From NCBI GenBank assembly GCA_021848325.1, contig JAJZUU010000002.1:26630-90629 (forward strand): a stretch of 64,000 nucleotides of DNA, in the 5' to 3' direction. Made by a program: the position numbers and the translations under genes. Source of the DNA: Pseudomonadota bacterium. GTDB lineage: Bacteria; Pseudomonadota; Gammaproteobacteria; Burkholderiales; JAJZUU01. Positions within the stretch are counted from its first letter, which is position 1. The number at the start of each line of letters is the position of its first letter. Positions 1-8,545 of this stretch are shown in pieces. Below the pieces are notes generated by a model. The model ran no database searches. It worked only from the letters and a program-made list of their open reading frames with translations, and was not told the DNA's origin.

Positions 1-2
1 GG

Positions 3-143
3 GAGCTGCTGGGGTCGACCCTGCCCGGGGTATACGGCAAGCTGGAGCGGCAGGGGGAGGTGGTGCACGTAGTGGCCGGGCGCCTGGCGGACCACAGCGA
101 GATGCTGGCGGGGCTCCCGGCCGGCTCGCGGGATTTTTGCTAA
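3..143 (+). CDS. 3' end of a gene cut by the window edge; the last 46 aa resemble the C-terminus of error-prone DNA polymerase DnaE2/ImuC
   Basis: Frame 3 is open from the window start to TAA at 141-143: ...GKLERQGEVVHVVAGRLADHSEMLAGLPAGSRDFC*. The GEVVHVVA...SRDF ending matches my memory of DnaE2 C-termini, but the fragment is too short for certainty. Confidence 0.4.
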   Translation, partial: ELLGSTLPGVYGKLERQGEVVHVVAGRLADHSEMLAGLPAGSRDFC

Positions 144-496
144 CGATTCCGCCGGCGGTCCGAATTGGCGGCGCGCGGCCGAGCGGCGGTGTCGCGCCGG
201 TCGGGCTGGTGCCGCCGATCCAGTTCGGGCGGAATGTTGTCCAGCAACCTTGTCAGGTAGTCGTCCGCCCGTCTCCTCAACAGGCCTTGTCCTTCCTCGG
301 TGGCCATCAGTTGTCGGATCTCCTCGGGTCCCGCGGAGGTCTTGTTGATCGCCTCCTGCCAGGCCAGCATGATGTATTTCTGGATCGTCATCCGGTCCGC
401 CGCGCTGCCCTGGAAATCGATCCCGTCATCGTGACCCTCGATCAGCGAGAACACGATGCCCTCCGGGCCGATGGTATAGTCGTATTCCAATTTCAT
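140..496 (-). CDS. hypothetical protein (118 aa)
   Basis: Track ORF 140..550 trimmed to the ATG at 496, which is preceded by GGAGGA (gaggaggaaatatataacATG). Begins MKLEYDYTIGPEG... No family recognised. Arg-rich C-terminal tail. Confidence 0.5.
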   Translation of the reverse strand: MKLEYDYTIGPEGIVFSLIEGHDDGIDFQGSAADRMTIQKYIMLAWQEAINKTSAGPEEIRQLMATEEGQGLLRRRADDYLTRLLDNIPPELDRRHQPDRRDTAARPRAANSDRRRNR

Positions 497-798
497 GTTA
501 TATATTTCCTCCTCATCCCCCGCACACCTGGCCGGGCAGTGCGTCATCATAACACCGGCGCTTGCCGACGAAAATGCCCGAGCCGCACGGGAACGCCCTC
601 TTTTCCCCGGACACGGGCCACCGCGGCGATTTGAACAAGCCCGCGAAATGTGGGATATTGCCCGGACGCGCCTGCAACCGGGCGCCGTCCTTCGTCTCGG
701 CCGGCTGCCGGAACCTACCCGCCGCCCCGGCCGGCAGGTCGCACGGACACATACCCCCGCCGCCCGCGTGCGGCGAGAATATTATTTGGAGCAACCAA

Positions 799-1626
799 AT
801 GGTTCGGCAACAGGAAACCCAAAACATGGCGCTGTTCTGCGATTTCGAGAACATCGCCCTGGGCGTGCGCGAGGTGAAATTCGCGAAATTCGACATCAAC
901 CGGGTGCTGGAGCGCCTGCTGCTCAAGGGCAGCATCGTGGTCAAGAAGGCCTACTGCGACTGGGAACGCTACAAGGAATTCAAGGCCCCCATGCACGAGG
1001 CCTCCTTCGAGCTGATCGAGATCCCCCATGTGCGCCAGTCCGGAAAGAATTCCGCCGACATCCGCATGGTGGTGGACGCCCTGGATCTCTGCTATACCAA
1101 GTCCCATGTGCACACCTTCGTCATCATCAGCGGGGATTCCGACTTCTCCCCCCTGGTAAGCAAGCTGCGGGAAAACAACAAGACGGTGATCGGGGTGGGG
1201 GTCAAAAAGTCCACCTCCGACCTGCTGATCGCCAATTGCGACGAATTCATCTTCTACGACGACCTGGTGCGTGAGGAAGAGGTCCAGAAGCGAGCCAGGA
1301 AGAAGCCCGCCGCCAAAACCGCCGCCGGTGCCAAGGCGGCGCCCAAGGAAGATGAGGAAAAAGAGGGCAAGAAACAGGAGGCCCTGGACCTGGTGCTCCA
1401 GACCGTAGAGGCCCTGCTGGCCGAGCGGGGCGAGGAGGAAAAGATCTGGGGCTCCATGGTCAAACAGGCGCTGAAGCGGCGCAAGCCCGGCTTCAACGAG
1501 ACCTACTACGGTTTCCGTTCCTTCAGCAAGCTGCTGGAGGAGGCCCAGGCACGCCACCTGCTGCAACTGGAGCACGACGAGAAATCGGGCGGCTACACCG
1601 TCGCGGTCGTCGCCCTGGAAGACTAG
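799..1626 (+). CDS. NYN (LabA/limkain-b1-like) nuclease-fold domain protein with C-terminal OST-HTH/LOTUS-like domain
   Basis: MALFCDFENIALG...KKAYCDW...FVIISGDSDFSPLV is the NYN pattern. A K/E/A-rich linker follows. C-terminus WGSMVKQALKRRKPGFNETYYGFRSFSKLLEEA is OST-HTH-like. GGAG lies 8 nt before ATG 799; alternative ATG at 826. Confidence 0.8.
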   Translation: MVRQQETQNMALFCDFENIALGVREVKFAKFDINRVLERLLLKGSIVVKKAYCDWERYKEFKAPMHEASFELIEIPHVRQSGKNSADIRMVVDALDLCYTKSHVHTFVIISGDSDFSPLVSKLRENNKTVIGVGVKKSTSDLLIANCDEFIFYDDLVREEEVQKRARKKPAAKTAAGAKAAPKEDEEKEGKKQEALDLVLQTVEALLAERGEEEKIWGSMVKQALKRRKPGFNETYYGFRSFSKLLEEAQARHLLQLEHDEKSGGYTVAVVALED

Positions 1627-1640
1627 CCATAAGTTTCGCT

Positions 1641-2792
1641 ATGTTCGACTTCGACACCCCTATCGACCGGCGCGGCAGCGCCAGCGTCAAATGGGACAAG
1701 TACCGGGGGCGCGACGTGATCCCGCTGTGGGTGGCGGACATGGACTTCCGCTCGCCGCCCGTGGTGCTGGAGGCGCTGCGGCGGCGGGTCGAACACGGTG
1801 TGTTCGGCTACACCCATGCCCCCGAGGAATTGACCCCGGCGATCCTCGCCCGGCTGCAGGCTGACTATCGCTGGCAGGTGGAGCCGGAATGGCTGGTGTG
1901 GCTGCCCGGCCTGGTGACCGGGCTCAACGTCGCCTGCCGGGCGGTGGGCGAAGACGGCGACCAGGTGCTCACCCCGGTGCCGGTGTATCCGCCCTTCCTG
2001 TCCGCCCCCAGGCACTCGCGCCGGGACCTGCTCACCGTCCCCCTGGGCCGGCGGGATGGGCGCTGGGAGCTCGACCTGGAGCGCCTGGAGGCCGCCGTCA
2101 CCCCGCGCACCCGCCTGCTGCTGCTGTGCAGCCCCCACAACCCGGTAGGGCGCGTGTTCGGCCGCGAAGAGCTGGCCGCGCTGGCGGACCTGTGCGCCCG
2201 CCACGACCTGGTCATCTGCTCCGACGAGATCCATGCCGACCTGGTGCTGGACCCGGACAAGGCCCACGTCCCCACCGCCGCCCTGGAGCCGGAGGTGGCC
2301 CGGCGCACCATTACCCTGATGGCGCCCAGCAAGACCTTCAACACCCCCGGCCTGGGATTTTCCTTCGCCGTGGTCCCGGACGGCGCCCTGCGCGGGCGTT
2401 TCCGCGCCGCCATGGCGGGCATCGTGCCCCAGGTGAACGCCCTGGGCTACACCGCGGCCCTGGCCGCCTACCGCGACGGCGGCCCCTGGCAGGCAGCCCT
2501 GCTCGCCGCCCTGCGGGCCAACCGGGATAGCGTGGAGCAGGCGGTCGCCGCCATGCCCGGTCTCGCCATGGACCATGTGGAGGCCACCTACCTGGCCTGG
2601 ATCGACACCCGCCCCGCGGGGCTCGAAGACCCGGTACAATTCTTCGAGCAGGCCGGCGTGGGCCTGTCCGACGGACGGGACTTCGCCGGACCCGGCTTCG
2701 TGCGCCTCAATTTCGGCTGCCCGCAAGCGACCCTGCGCGAGGCGCTGGGCAGAATGGGGCAGGCGCTGGAATTCCACGGGAATAAGGTTTAG
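1641..2792 (+). CDS. PatB/MalY-type PLP-dependent C-S lyase (class I/II aminotransferase fold)
   Basis: MFDFDTPIDRRGSASVKWDKY...WVADMDF N-terminus is typical of MalY/PatB. PLP-lysine context MAPSKTFNTPGLG. 383 aa. Confidence 0.85.
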   Translation: MFDFDTPIDRRGSASVKWDKYRGRDVIPLWVADMDFRSPPVVLEALRRRVEHGVFGYTHAPEELTPAILARLQADYRWQVEPEWLVWLPGLVTGLNVACRAVGEDGDQVLTPVPVYPPFLSAPRHSRRDLLTVPLGRRDGRWELDLERLEAAVTPRTRLLLLCSPHNPVGRVFGREELAALADLCARHDLVICSDEIHADLVLDPDKAHVPTAALEPEVARRTITLMAPSKTFNTPGLGFSFAVVPDGALRGRFRAAMAGIVPQVNALGYTAALAAYRDGGPWQAALLAALRANRDSVEQAVAAMPGLAMDHVEATYLAWIDTRPAGLEDPVQFFEQAGVGLSDGRDFAGPGFVRLNFGCPQATLREALGRMGQALEFHGNKV

Positions 2793-2813
2793 TTCAAAAG
2801 GAGAACTGTCGCC

Positions 2814-3182
2814 ATGACGCAAAGAAAGATCATCCCCATCGCCCCGGCGACCGACCCGGCAAGCGACGAGCTCAGCAAGTGCGCCGAAGCGGAACCCTAT
2901 GTCCTGATGGTGCTGGGCGACAGCATGCTGCCCGAGTTCGAGGAGGGCGAAATCATCATCATCGAGCCCGAAGGCTTGGCGCGGGACGGCGCCTTCGTCA
3001 TTGCCCTGCACAACGACGAACTCATCTTCCGGCAACTGGCCATCGAGGAGCGGCGCTGGTATCTCAGGCCGCTCAACCCCGGCTACCCCACCCTCGAAAT
3101 CCCCGGACCGGCCGCCATCAGGGGCGTGATCACCCAAAAGACGCGCCCGGGCAGGCGGCGCGCCACAAAATCCTATTTGTAG
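2814..3182 (+). CDS. stand-alone S24 (LexA/signal-peptidase-like) peptidase domain protein, no HTH
   Basis: LGDSMLPEF serine motif, followed by the beta-rich core GAFVIALHNDELIFRQL. No DNA-binding N-domain. The position of the LexA catalytic Lys (VKRL) reads FRQL. Confidence 0.7.
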   Translation: MTQRKIIPIAPATDPASDELSKCAEAEPYVLMVLGDSMLPEFEEGEIIIIEPEGLARDGAFVIALHNDELIFRQLAIEERRWYLRPLNPGYPTLEIPGPAAIRGVITQKTRPGRRRATKSYL

Positions 3183-3270
3183 CCCCCCCGGGGAACTTGC
3201 CAGCCCGCTTGTCATCCTGCACAATGCGCGCCTGTATGCCAAAGGCGTGCGTGGCCAAACAGGTGAAATC

Positions 3271-4635
3271 ATGCAGTACCCGGAAGCTGAAGAACTGGCG
3301 GCGGTGAGGGGGGCGGCGGCAAGCGCCCCGCGCGGGGATGCCTGGGACTGGGCCCTGCGGGGCGCCATTGTCGCGGGCCTGTTCGCGGTGGTCTACGCCA
3401 GCCTCGCCGGGCGGGCGCTCCAGCCGTTGCTGCACGACGCCGAAGCGCATCCCTGGGCCCATCTCATCGGGCGCCCCAGCCTGCTGTGGCTGTCCATGGG
3501 CAGTCTGCTCCTGGCGTTTCGCACCTCCCTGTGGTTTCTCTACCGCCCAGCGGCCGCGGCCGGGATGGCCGACGCCCCTTCCCTCACGGTGATCATCCCG
3601 GCGTACAACGAAGGGGCCATGGTGGAAAAGTCCATCGATTCCGTGGCCGCCGCCCACTATCCCCGGGAACGCCTGCAGATCTTCGTGGTGGACGACGGCA
3701 GCAAAGACGACACCTGGCAATACATCGAGCGTGCGGCGCAGCGCCACCCCGGCCTGGTCACCACGGTCCGGTTTGAGCGCAACCGGGGCAAGCGCGCAGC
3801 CCTGGCCGAGGGATTCCGCCGGGCGCGGGGCGAGGTAGTGGTGACCATCGACTCGGACAGCGTGATCGAACCGGGCACCCTGCTGGCGATGGCGGGTCCG
3901 TTCCGCGACGCCAAGGTGGGCGCGGTGGCCGGCAAGGTCGCCGTGTATAACCGCCACCAGGGAATCATCCCGCGCATGCTCCATGTGCGCTATATCCTGT
4001 CGTTCGATTTCCTGCGGGCGGCCCAGTCCACCTACGGTACCGTCTACTGCTGCCCCGGCGCCCTGGCGGCGTATCGCGCCTCGGTGGTGCGCCAGGTGCT
4101 GGACCAGTGGACCGCGCAGACCTTCCTGGGCGCGGCCTGCACCTACGGCGAAGACCGCTCCATGACCAATTTCATCCTGGCCCGGGGCTACGACACCGTC
4201 TATCAGAGGGACGCCGTGGTCCACACCATCGTCCCCCTGACCTACGCCAAGCTGTGCAAGATGTTCCTGCGCTGGGACCGCAGCTACGTGCGCGAGGAAG
4301 CGCGCTTCTTCGCCCGCGTCGTGTGGAAGCGTCCCCTCGGCCCGCTCCTGGTATCGCTGCTGGATGCCTTCGTCACCAACCTGCGCTACCCGGTGGCCTA
4401 CGCCACCCTGGTGCTGCTGGTCATGCTCACCCTGCACGACCCGATGACGGTCCTGCGGGTGCTCCTGGTCATCGGGCTCATGTCGTCGCTCAACATGCTC
4501 TACTACCTGCGCAGCGAGCGCTCCTGGGATTTTCTGTACGGCATCTTCTATGCCTACTACTCCGCCCTGACCATGTTCTGGATCTTCCCCTACGCCGTGC
4601 TCACGGTGCGCGCCCGCTCCTGGCTGACCCGGTAA
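3271..4635 (+). CDS. membrane-embedded family-2 glycosyltransferase, hyaluronan/chitin-synthase-like (processive GT2)
   Basis: VIIPAYNE, VVDDGSKDDT, TIDSDS, GEDRSMT and FLRWDRS motifs. Hydrophobic segments at both ends. The track ORF starts at GTG 3247; I prefer ATG 3271. Confidence 0.8.
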   Translation: MQYPEAEELAAVRGAAASAPRGDAWDWALRGAIVAGLFAVVYASLAGRALQPLLHDAEAHPWAHLIGRPSLLWLSMGSLLLAFRTSLWFLYRPAAAAGMADAPSLTVIIPAYNEGAMVEKSIDSVAAAHYPRERLQIFVVDDGSKDDTWQYIERAAQRHPGLVTTVRFERNRGKRAALAEGFRRARGEVVVTIDSDSVIEPGTLLAMAGPFRDAKVGAVAGKVAVYNRHQGIIPRMLHVRYILSFDFLRAAQSTYGTVYCCPGALAAYRASVVRQVLDQWTAQTFLGAACTYGEDRSMTNFILARGYDTVYQRDAVVHTIVPLTYAKLCKMFLRWDRSYVREEARFFARVVWKRPLGPLLVSLLDAFVTNLRYPVAYATLVLLVMLTLHDPMTVLRVLLVIGLMSSLNMLYYLRSERSWDFLYGIFYAYYSALTMFWIFPYAVLTVRARSWLTR

Positions 4636-4863
4636 TCGGGACAGTCGCCGGACAGGGCAGAAAAGCAGTTGGCCAGGAACGAAGCGACAAGGATAATGAT
4701 CTGATCTGGAAGAGACATCCGATTAGAGAACCGCTGAAAATTGCGGCCCACTTCGGCATGCAGGCATCTCCCGGGCGGCACGCCGGAGACAAGACGCCGA
4801 GGAGCTTTCCGCCTTCCTGGAACAAAAGGGGATGACGGTCCGCCCCGGCAGCGGAGACGGCCG

Positions 4864-6177
4864 TCAGCGCAGCAGCTGCAGCCATGCGGCGAGCCCCGCC
4901 AGGGTCGCCAGCAGGACCGGGACGGTCAGCACGATGCCGATGCGGAAATACTGGCCCCAGCCGATGCGCATGCCGCGCTGGGCCAGCACGTGCAGCCACA
5001 GCAGGGTGGCCAGGCTGCCGATGGGAGTGATCTTCGGCCCCAGGTCGCAGCCGATCACGTTGGCGTAGATCATCGCCTCCCGCACCAGGGGCGCGAGATG
5101 GGCGTCGTGGATGGCCAGGCTGCCCACCAGCACGGTGGGCATGTTGTTCATCACCGTGGACAACCCGGCGAACAGCAAGCCCGCGCCCAGGGTAGCGAAA
5201 TAGAAACCCTGCCCTTGCAGCCATTCCAGGACGCGGCTCAGCTCCGCGGTCAGGCCCTGGTTGCGCAGCCCGTACACCACCAGGTACATCCCCAGGGAAA
5301 ACACCACCACCTGCCACGGCGCTTCCCGGATCAGGGTCATGACCGGGATCACCGCCTTCGGCTGCCGGCGCAGCAGATGCTCCCGGCCGGCCGCCACCAT
5401 CAGGGCCAGGGCCGCCGCGCCGGCGACCGCCGAGGTGGGCAGTTGCAACGCCCGGGCGAAGAAATAACCGGCCAACAGCAGCACCAGCACCACCCAGCCG
5501 AACCAGAACACGAAGGGGTCGCGGATCGCCTTGGCCGGGTCCGCCAGGGCCGCGACCTCGAAGCGCCGGGGCAGGTCCTTGCGGAAGAACAGCCACAGGG
5601 TGGCCAGGGTCGCCGCCAGGGAGACGAAATTCACCACCCCCATCACCGCGGCGTACTCCCCGAAGGAGATGTCGAAGTAATTGGCGGTGACGATGTTGAC
5701 CAGATTGGACACCTTGAACGGCAGGCTGGTGGTGTCGGACACGAAGCCGGTGGCCATGATGAACGCCAGGATGGTGGGCGGCTTGAAGCGCAGGGCATGC
5801 AGCATCTCGAACACCAGGGGGGTGAGGATCAGCACCGCCCCGTCGTTGGCGAAAAACGCCGCCACCGCCGCCCCCAGCAGGACGATGAGCAGGAACAGGT
5901 AATGCCCCCAGCCCCGGCCCCAGCGGGCCACGTGCAGGGCGGCCCACTCGAAGAACCCCGCCGCATCCAGCACCAGGGAGATCAGGATCAGCGCCACCAG
6001 GGTGAAGGTGGCGTCCCACACGATGTGCCACACCACCGGCACGTCGGACAGCGCCACCACCCCCGCCAGCAGGGCCAGGGCGGCCCCGGCAAGGGCGCTC
6101 CAGCCGATACCCAGGCCCTTGGGCTGCCAGATCACCAGCACCAGGGTCGCCAGGAAGATGCCCAGTGCGGTCAGCAC
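4864..6177 (-). CDS. arsB: arsenite efflux permease, ArsB family
   Basis: 437-aa polytopic membrane protein ([22 protein letters not shown]...[15 protein letters not shown]). Last gene of an arsR-arsC-arsB array. GTG start. Confidence 0.85.
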   Translation of the reverse strand: MLTALGIFLATLVLVIWQPKGLGIGWSALAGAALALLAGVVALSDVPVVWHIVWDATFTLVALILISLVLDAAGFFEWAALHVARWGRGWGHYLFLLIVLLGAAVAAFFANDGAVLILTPLVFEMLHALRFKPPTILAFIMATGFVSDTTSLPFKVSNLVNIVTANYFDISFGEYAAVMGVVNFVSLAATLATLWLFFRKDLPRRFEVAALADPAKAIRDPFVFWFGWVVLVLLLAGYFFARALQLPTSAVAGAAALALMVAAGREHLLRRQPKAVIPVMTLIREAPWQVVVFSLGMYLVVYGLRNQGLTAELSRVLEWLQGQGFYFATLGAGLLFAGLSTVMNNMPTVLVGSLAIHDAHLAPLVREAMIYANVIGCDLGPKITPIGSLATLLWLHVLAQRGMRIGWGQYFRIGIVLTVPVLLATLAGLAAWLQLLR

Positions 6178-6190
6178 GGCCGGCGCTCCG

Positions 6191-6601
6191 TCACGAAGCG
6201 AACCGGCGCTGCAACTCGGGCAGCAGGCGCGCCCGGATCTCGTCGCGCACCCTCACGAAGCTCTCCAGGGGTTCGCCGTGGGGATCGTGGAACGGCATAT
6301 GGATGGCGGGCACCGGCCGGGGAAACACGGGGCAGGTCTCCTTGGCGTTGTCGCACACCGTGACCACCAGATCGATCGGCTCGCGCATCACCGTTTCCAC
6401 GCTTTTCGGGCTGAGTCCCTCGGTGGGGATACCGGCCAGGCGCAGCGCCTCGATGGCGCCGTCAGCCACCTTGGGGCCGGGGCTGGTCCCCGCCGAGAGG
6501 GCGCGGATCCGGTCCCCCAGGTCGTGGTTGACCAGGGCCTGCGCCATCTGGCTGCGGCAGGAGTTTCCGGTGCAAAGTATCAGGACGGTTTTCGTATTCA
6601 T
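6191..6601 (-). CDS. arsC: arsenate reductase, LMW-PTP (thioredoxin-coupled) type
   Basis: [15 protein letters not shown]5R(S) P-loop. 136 aa. Sits between arsR and arsB. Confidence 0.9.
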   Translation of the reverse strand: MNTKTVLILCTGNSCRSQMAQALVNHDLGDRIRALSAGTSPGPKVADGAIEALRLAGIPTEGLSPKSVETVMREPIDLVVTVCDNAKETCPVFPRPVPAIHMPFHDPHGEPLESFVRVRDEIRARLLPELQRRFAS

Positions 6602-6677
6602 GGGTCTCTTTCCTTCGGTTCAGGGCCGCATACGATACACCATATATACGTCTCGGCATATATATTGCGGGAAAAAT

Positions 6678-7025
6678 TTAGGCGCAGCACCGGCCGGGGC
6701 GATTGGCCATCCCCGACAGCTTCTCCTCATCCTGCCGATAGATAGACACGCCGGCAGTCCCCTGGGCCATCGCCTCCAGGACCTTCGCCGCCCAGGCGGC
6801 CAGCCGGGGGGCGATCCGGTAGAACACCCAGGTGCCCTCCTTGCGCACGCTCAGCACGCCCGCTTCCCGCATCACCGCGAGATGCCGGGACACCTTCGGC
6901 TGGGGCATGTCCAGGGCGAAAAACAGCTCGCACACGCACAACTCGCCTTCCCCCATGATGAGACGGAGGATGCGGCGCCGGGTCGGGTCCGACAGGACGT
7001 CGAAAAACATCTGTTCGCTTACCAT
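6678..7025 (-). CDS. arsR: ArsR/SmtB family metalloregulator
   Basis: LSDPTRRRILRLI...ELCVCEL...VSRHLAVMREAGV winged-helix with the CVC metal site. Trimmed to ATG 7025 (MVSEQMF...). Confidence 0.9.
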   Translation of the reverse strand: MVSEQMFFDVLSDPTRRRILRLIMGEGELCVCELFFALDMPQPKVSRHLAVMREAGVLSVRKEGTWVFYRIAPRLAAWAAKVLEAMAQGTAGVSIYRQDEEKLSGMANRPGRCCA

Positions 7026-7265
7026 CGCCGCAATTGTAGGGCCCAAGGCCTACCGAGTCAAAAGCGCAACATCCCCCGCGACGGGTGCCCGGGCCCATTG
7101 CTCAGGCGGTGCACTCCAGGACCCGGATGAGCTACACTACGGACAGGCGGCCACAAGACGCTGGTAGCCGGGCAAGCGGGGGCACGGCGAATGGGTTCGA
7201 AGCGGCACCGCCTCATCCCCCATCCCGGCAACTCTCTCGAAACCCCGATAAAGGAAAACCAAAAT

Positions 7266-7613
7266 ATGTACGCCGTTGACCGCTCTGTCGCCCTGATCAA
7301 GCCCAGGCAACCGTTTCTGGACTGGCTGATGATTCTCCCGGATTCGGAACTGGACCTCACCCTGGAACAGCTCCGAACCGATTGCACGGTCTTCCTGGTG
7401 CCGGAGTTCCTGGACCTTGAAGAGGCATTGGGCTTCATCGACCAGATCTACTCGCAGATATTCGAGATGGAACTCGCCTCGTGGTGGGAAGACGAAAGCC
7501 TGTGGCCGGAACACAGGACGGTCCAGTTGTTCTGGAAGTGGTTCGACGTGGAACTGCATTCCACGGTGGTGGACGCGGCCGGCGACCCGGAAGACGACGC
7601 CCCCCCCTACTGA
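7266..7613 (+). CDS. hypothetical acidic protein (115 aa)
   Basis: ATG 7266 preceded by AAGGAA. MYAVDRSVALIKPRQPFLDWL...WWEDESLWPEHRTVQLFWKWF. No family recognised. Confidence 0.55.
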   Translation: MYAVDRSVALIKPRQPFLDWLMILPDSELDLTLEQLRTDCTVFLVPEFLDLEEALGFIDQIYSQIFEMELASWWEDESLWPEHRTVQLFWKWFDVELHSTVVDAAGDPEDDAPPY

Positions 7614-7704
7614 CGGGGCCGCGCACGGCATGGCACGGGGCGCTTGGGGCCGATCGGTGCTCAGCGGCAGCTTGGCGGAGAGATTGAAAGCGGGGGCAAG
7701 GGGG

Positions 7705-8166
7705 GTGAACAAGCTTGCAATCCTGCTGCTGGTAGGCGCCGTGGCGATGCCGGGACAGGCCGGCGCGATGCCGACCACCTTCGGCCCGGTGGTCGGCAAT
7801 GCCCTGCTCTGCGTCGATGATATCGACCCGGCTTATTTCAGGCGCTATCTGACAGACTTCCTGCAGCCGCCTTACAAGACCGAGGGCGCGGCGTACTGGT
7901 TCAAGGCGGACACCACCCTGTTGGGGGTGAAGATATCCGACGTGTTCGTGAGCACCGAAAAAACTCGCTATGCCTTCATCGGCGCGGTGATGAAGGACAG
8001 CCTGGCGGCGGCCAGGGACAAGATACAGCAGTTCACCGGGGTCAGGTTCCAGCCGGAAGGCGATGATGCCACCCTGCGCTCCCCCGCCGGCACCTATCTA
8101 ATCTCCTACGGAAAGGACAGAAGCAAGATCTTCTGCGTCAAGCGCCGCGTCGACCGCTTTTATTAA
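7705..8166 (+). CDS. secreted hypothetical protein
   Basis: VNKLAILLLVGAVAMPGQAGA signal-peptide-like N-terminus starting from GTG 7705; in-frame ATG alternative at 7630. Rest of the protein unrecognised. Confidence 0.5.
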   Translation: MNKLAILLLVGAVAMPGQAGAMPTTFGPVVGNALLCVDDIDPAYFRRYLTDFLQPPYKTEGAAYWFKADTTLLGVKISDVFVSTEKTRYAFIGAVMKDSLAAARDKIQQFTGVRFQPEGDDATLRSPAGTYLISYGKDRSKIFCVKRRVDRFY

Positions 8167-8189
8167 GGTGGCCCTTAAATTCCTTGGTG

Positions 8190-8263
8190 CCGTCATTCCC
8201 GCGAAGGCGGGAATCTAGCCGTCTTACTTGGCTCCCGCCTGCGCGGGAGCGACGGAATGATGG
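8190..8263. repeat. REP-like palindromic unit with two GC hairpins
   Basis: attcccgc-gaag-gcgggaat (8195-8214) and ctcccgc-ctgc-gcgggag (8232-8249), bracketed by ccgtcattcc / ggaatgatgg. Same flavour as the cgtcattcccgc...gcgggaat repeats common in beta/gammaproteobacteria. Confidence 0.6.
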
Positions 8264-8545
8264 GGCCGGGTTAATAAGCGGGGGCGACTTCTCGCCACCT
8301 CGGGCAGCTTGGCGACCTGATGCCAGCCCCCGGGCAGGCGCAGCCACGCCATGCGTCGGCCATGCGCTCCATAGATATGACCAATCTGTAATTAACCTAA
8401 AAAATCCTTATGTTAGTATTGTGAGTCGTAGTTTTCTCCGTCATCCGCAGGCGCAACGGCCGCAATTGGCACCCCAGTCCTTCCGGAGCAACGGCCACGG
8501 TCGCTCGTACCCATTGCCCCCAGCCGGGCCGGCACAAGGACGACC

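Noticed and set aside
4590-4781. 63-aa minus-strand ORF in the GT2/arsB convergent spacer, with an internal hydrophobic peptide MSLPDQIIILVASFLANCF....
   Set aside because: It overlaps the 3' end of the GT2 gene, has no SD and no conservation signal I can judge. It is too weak to call.
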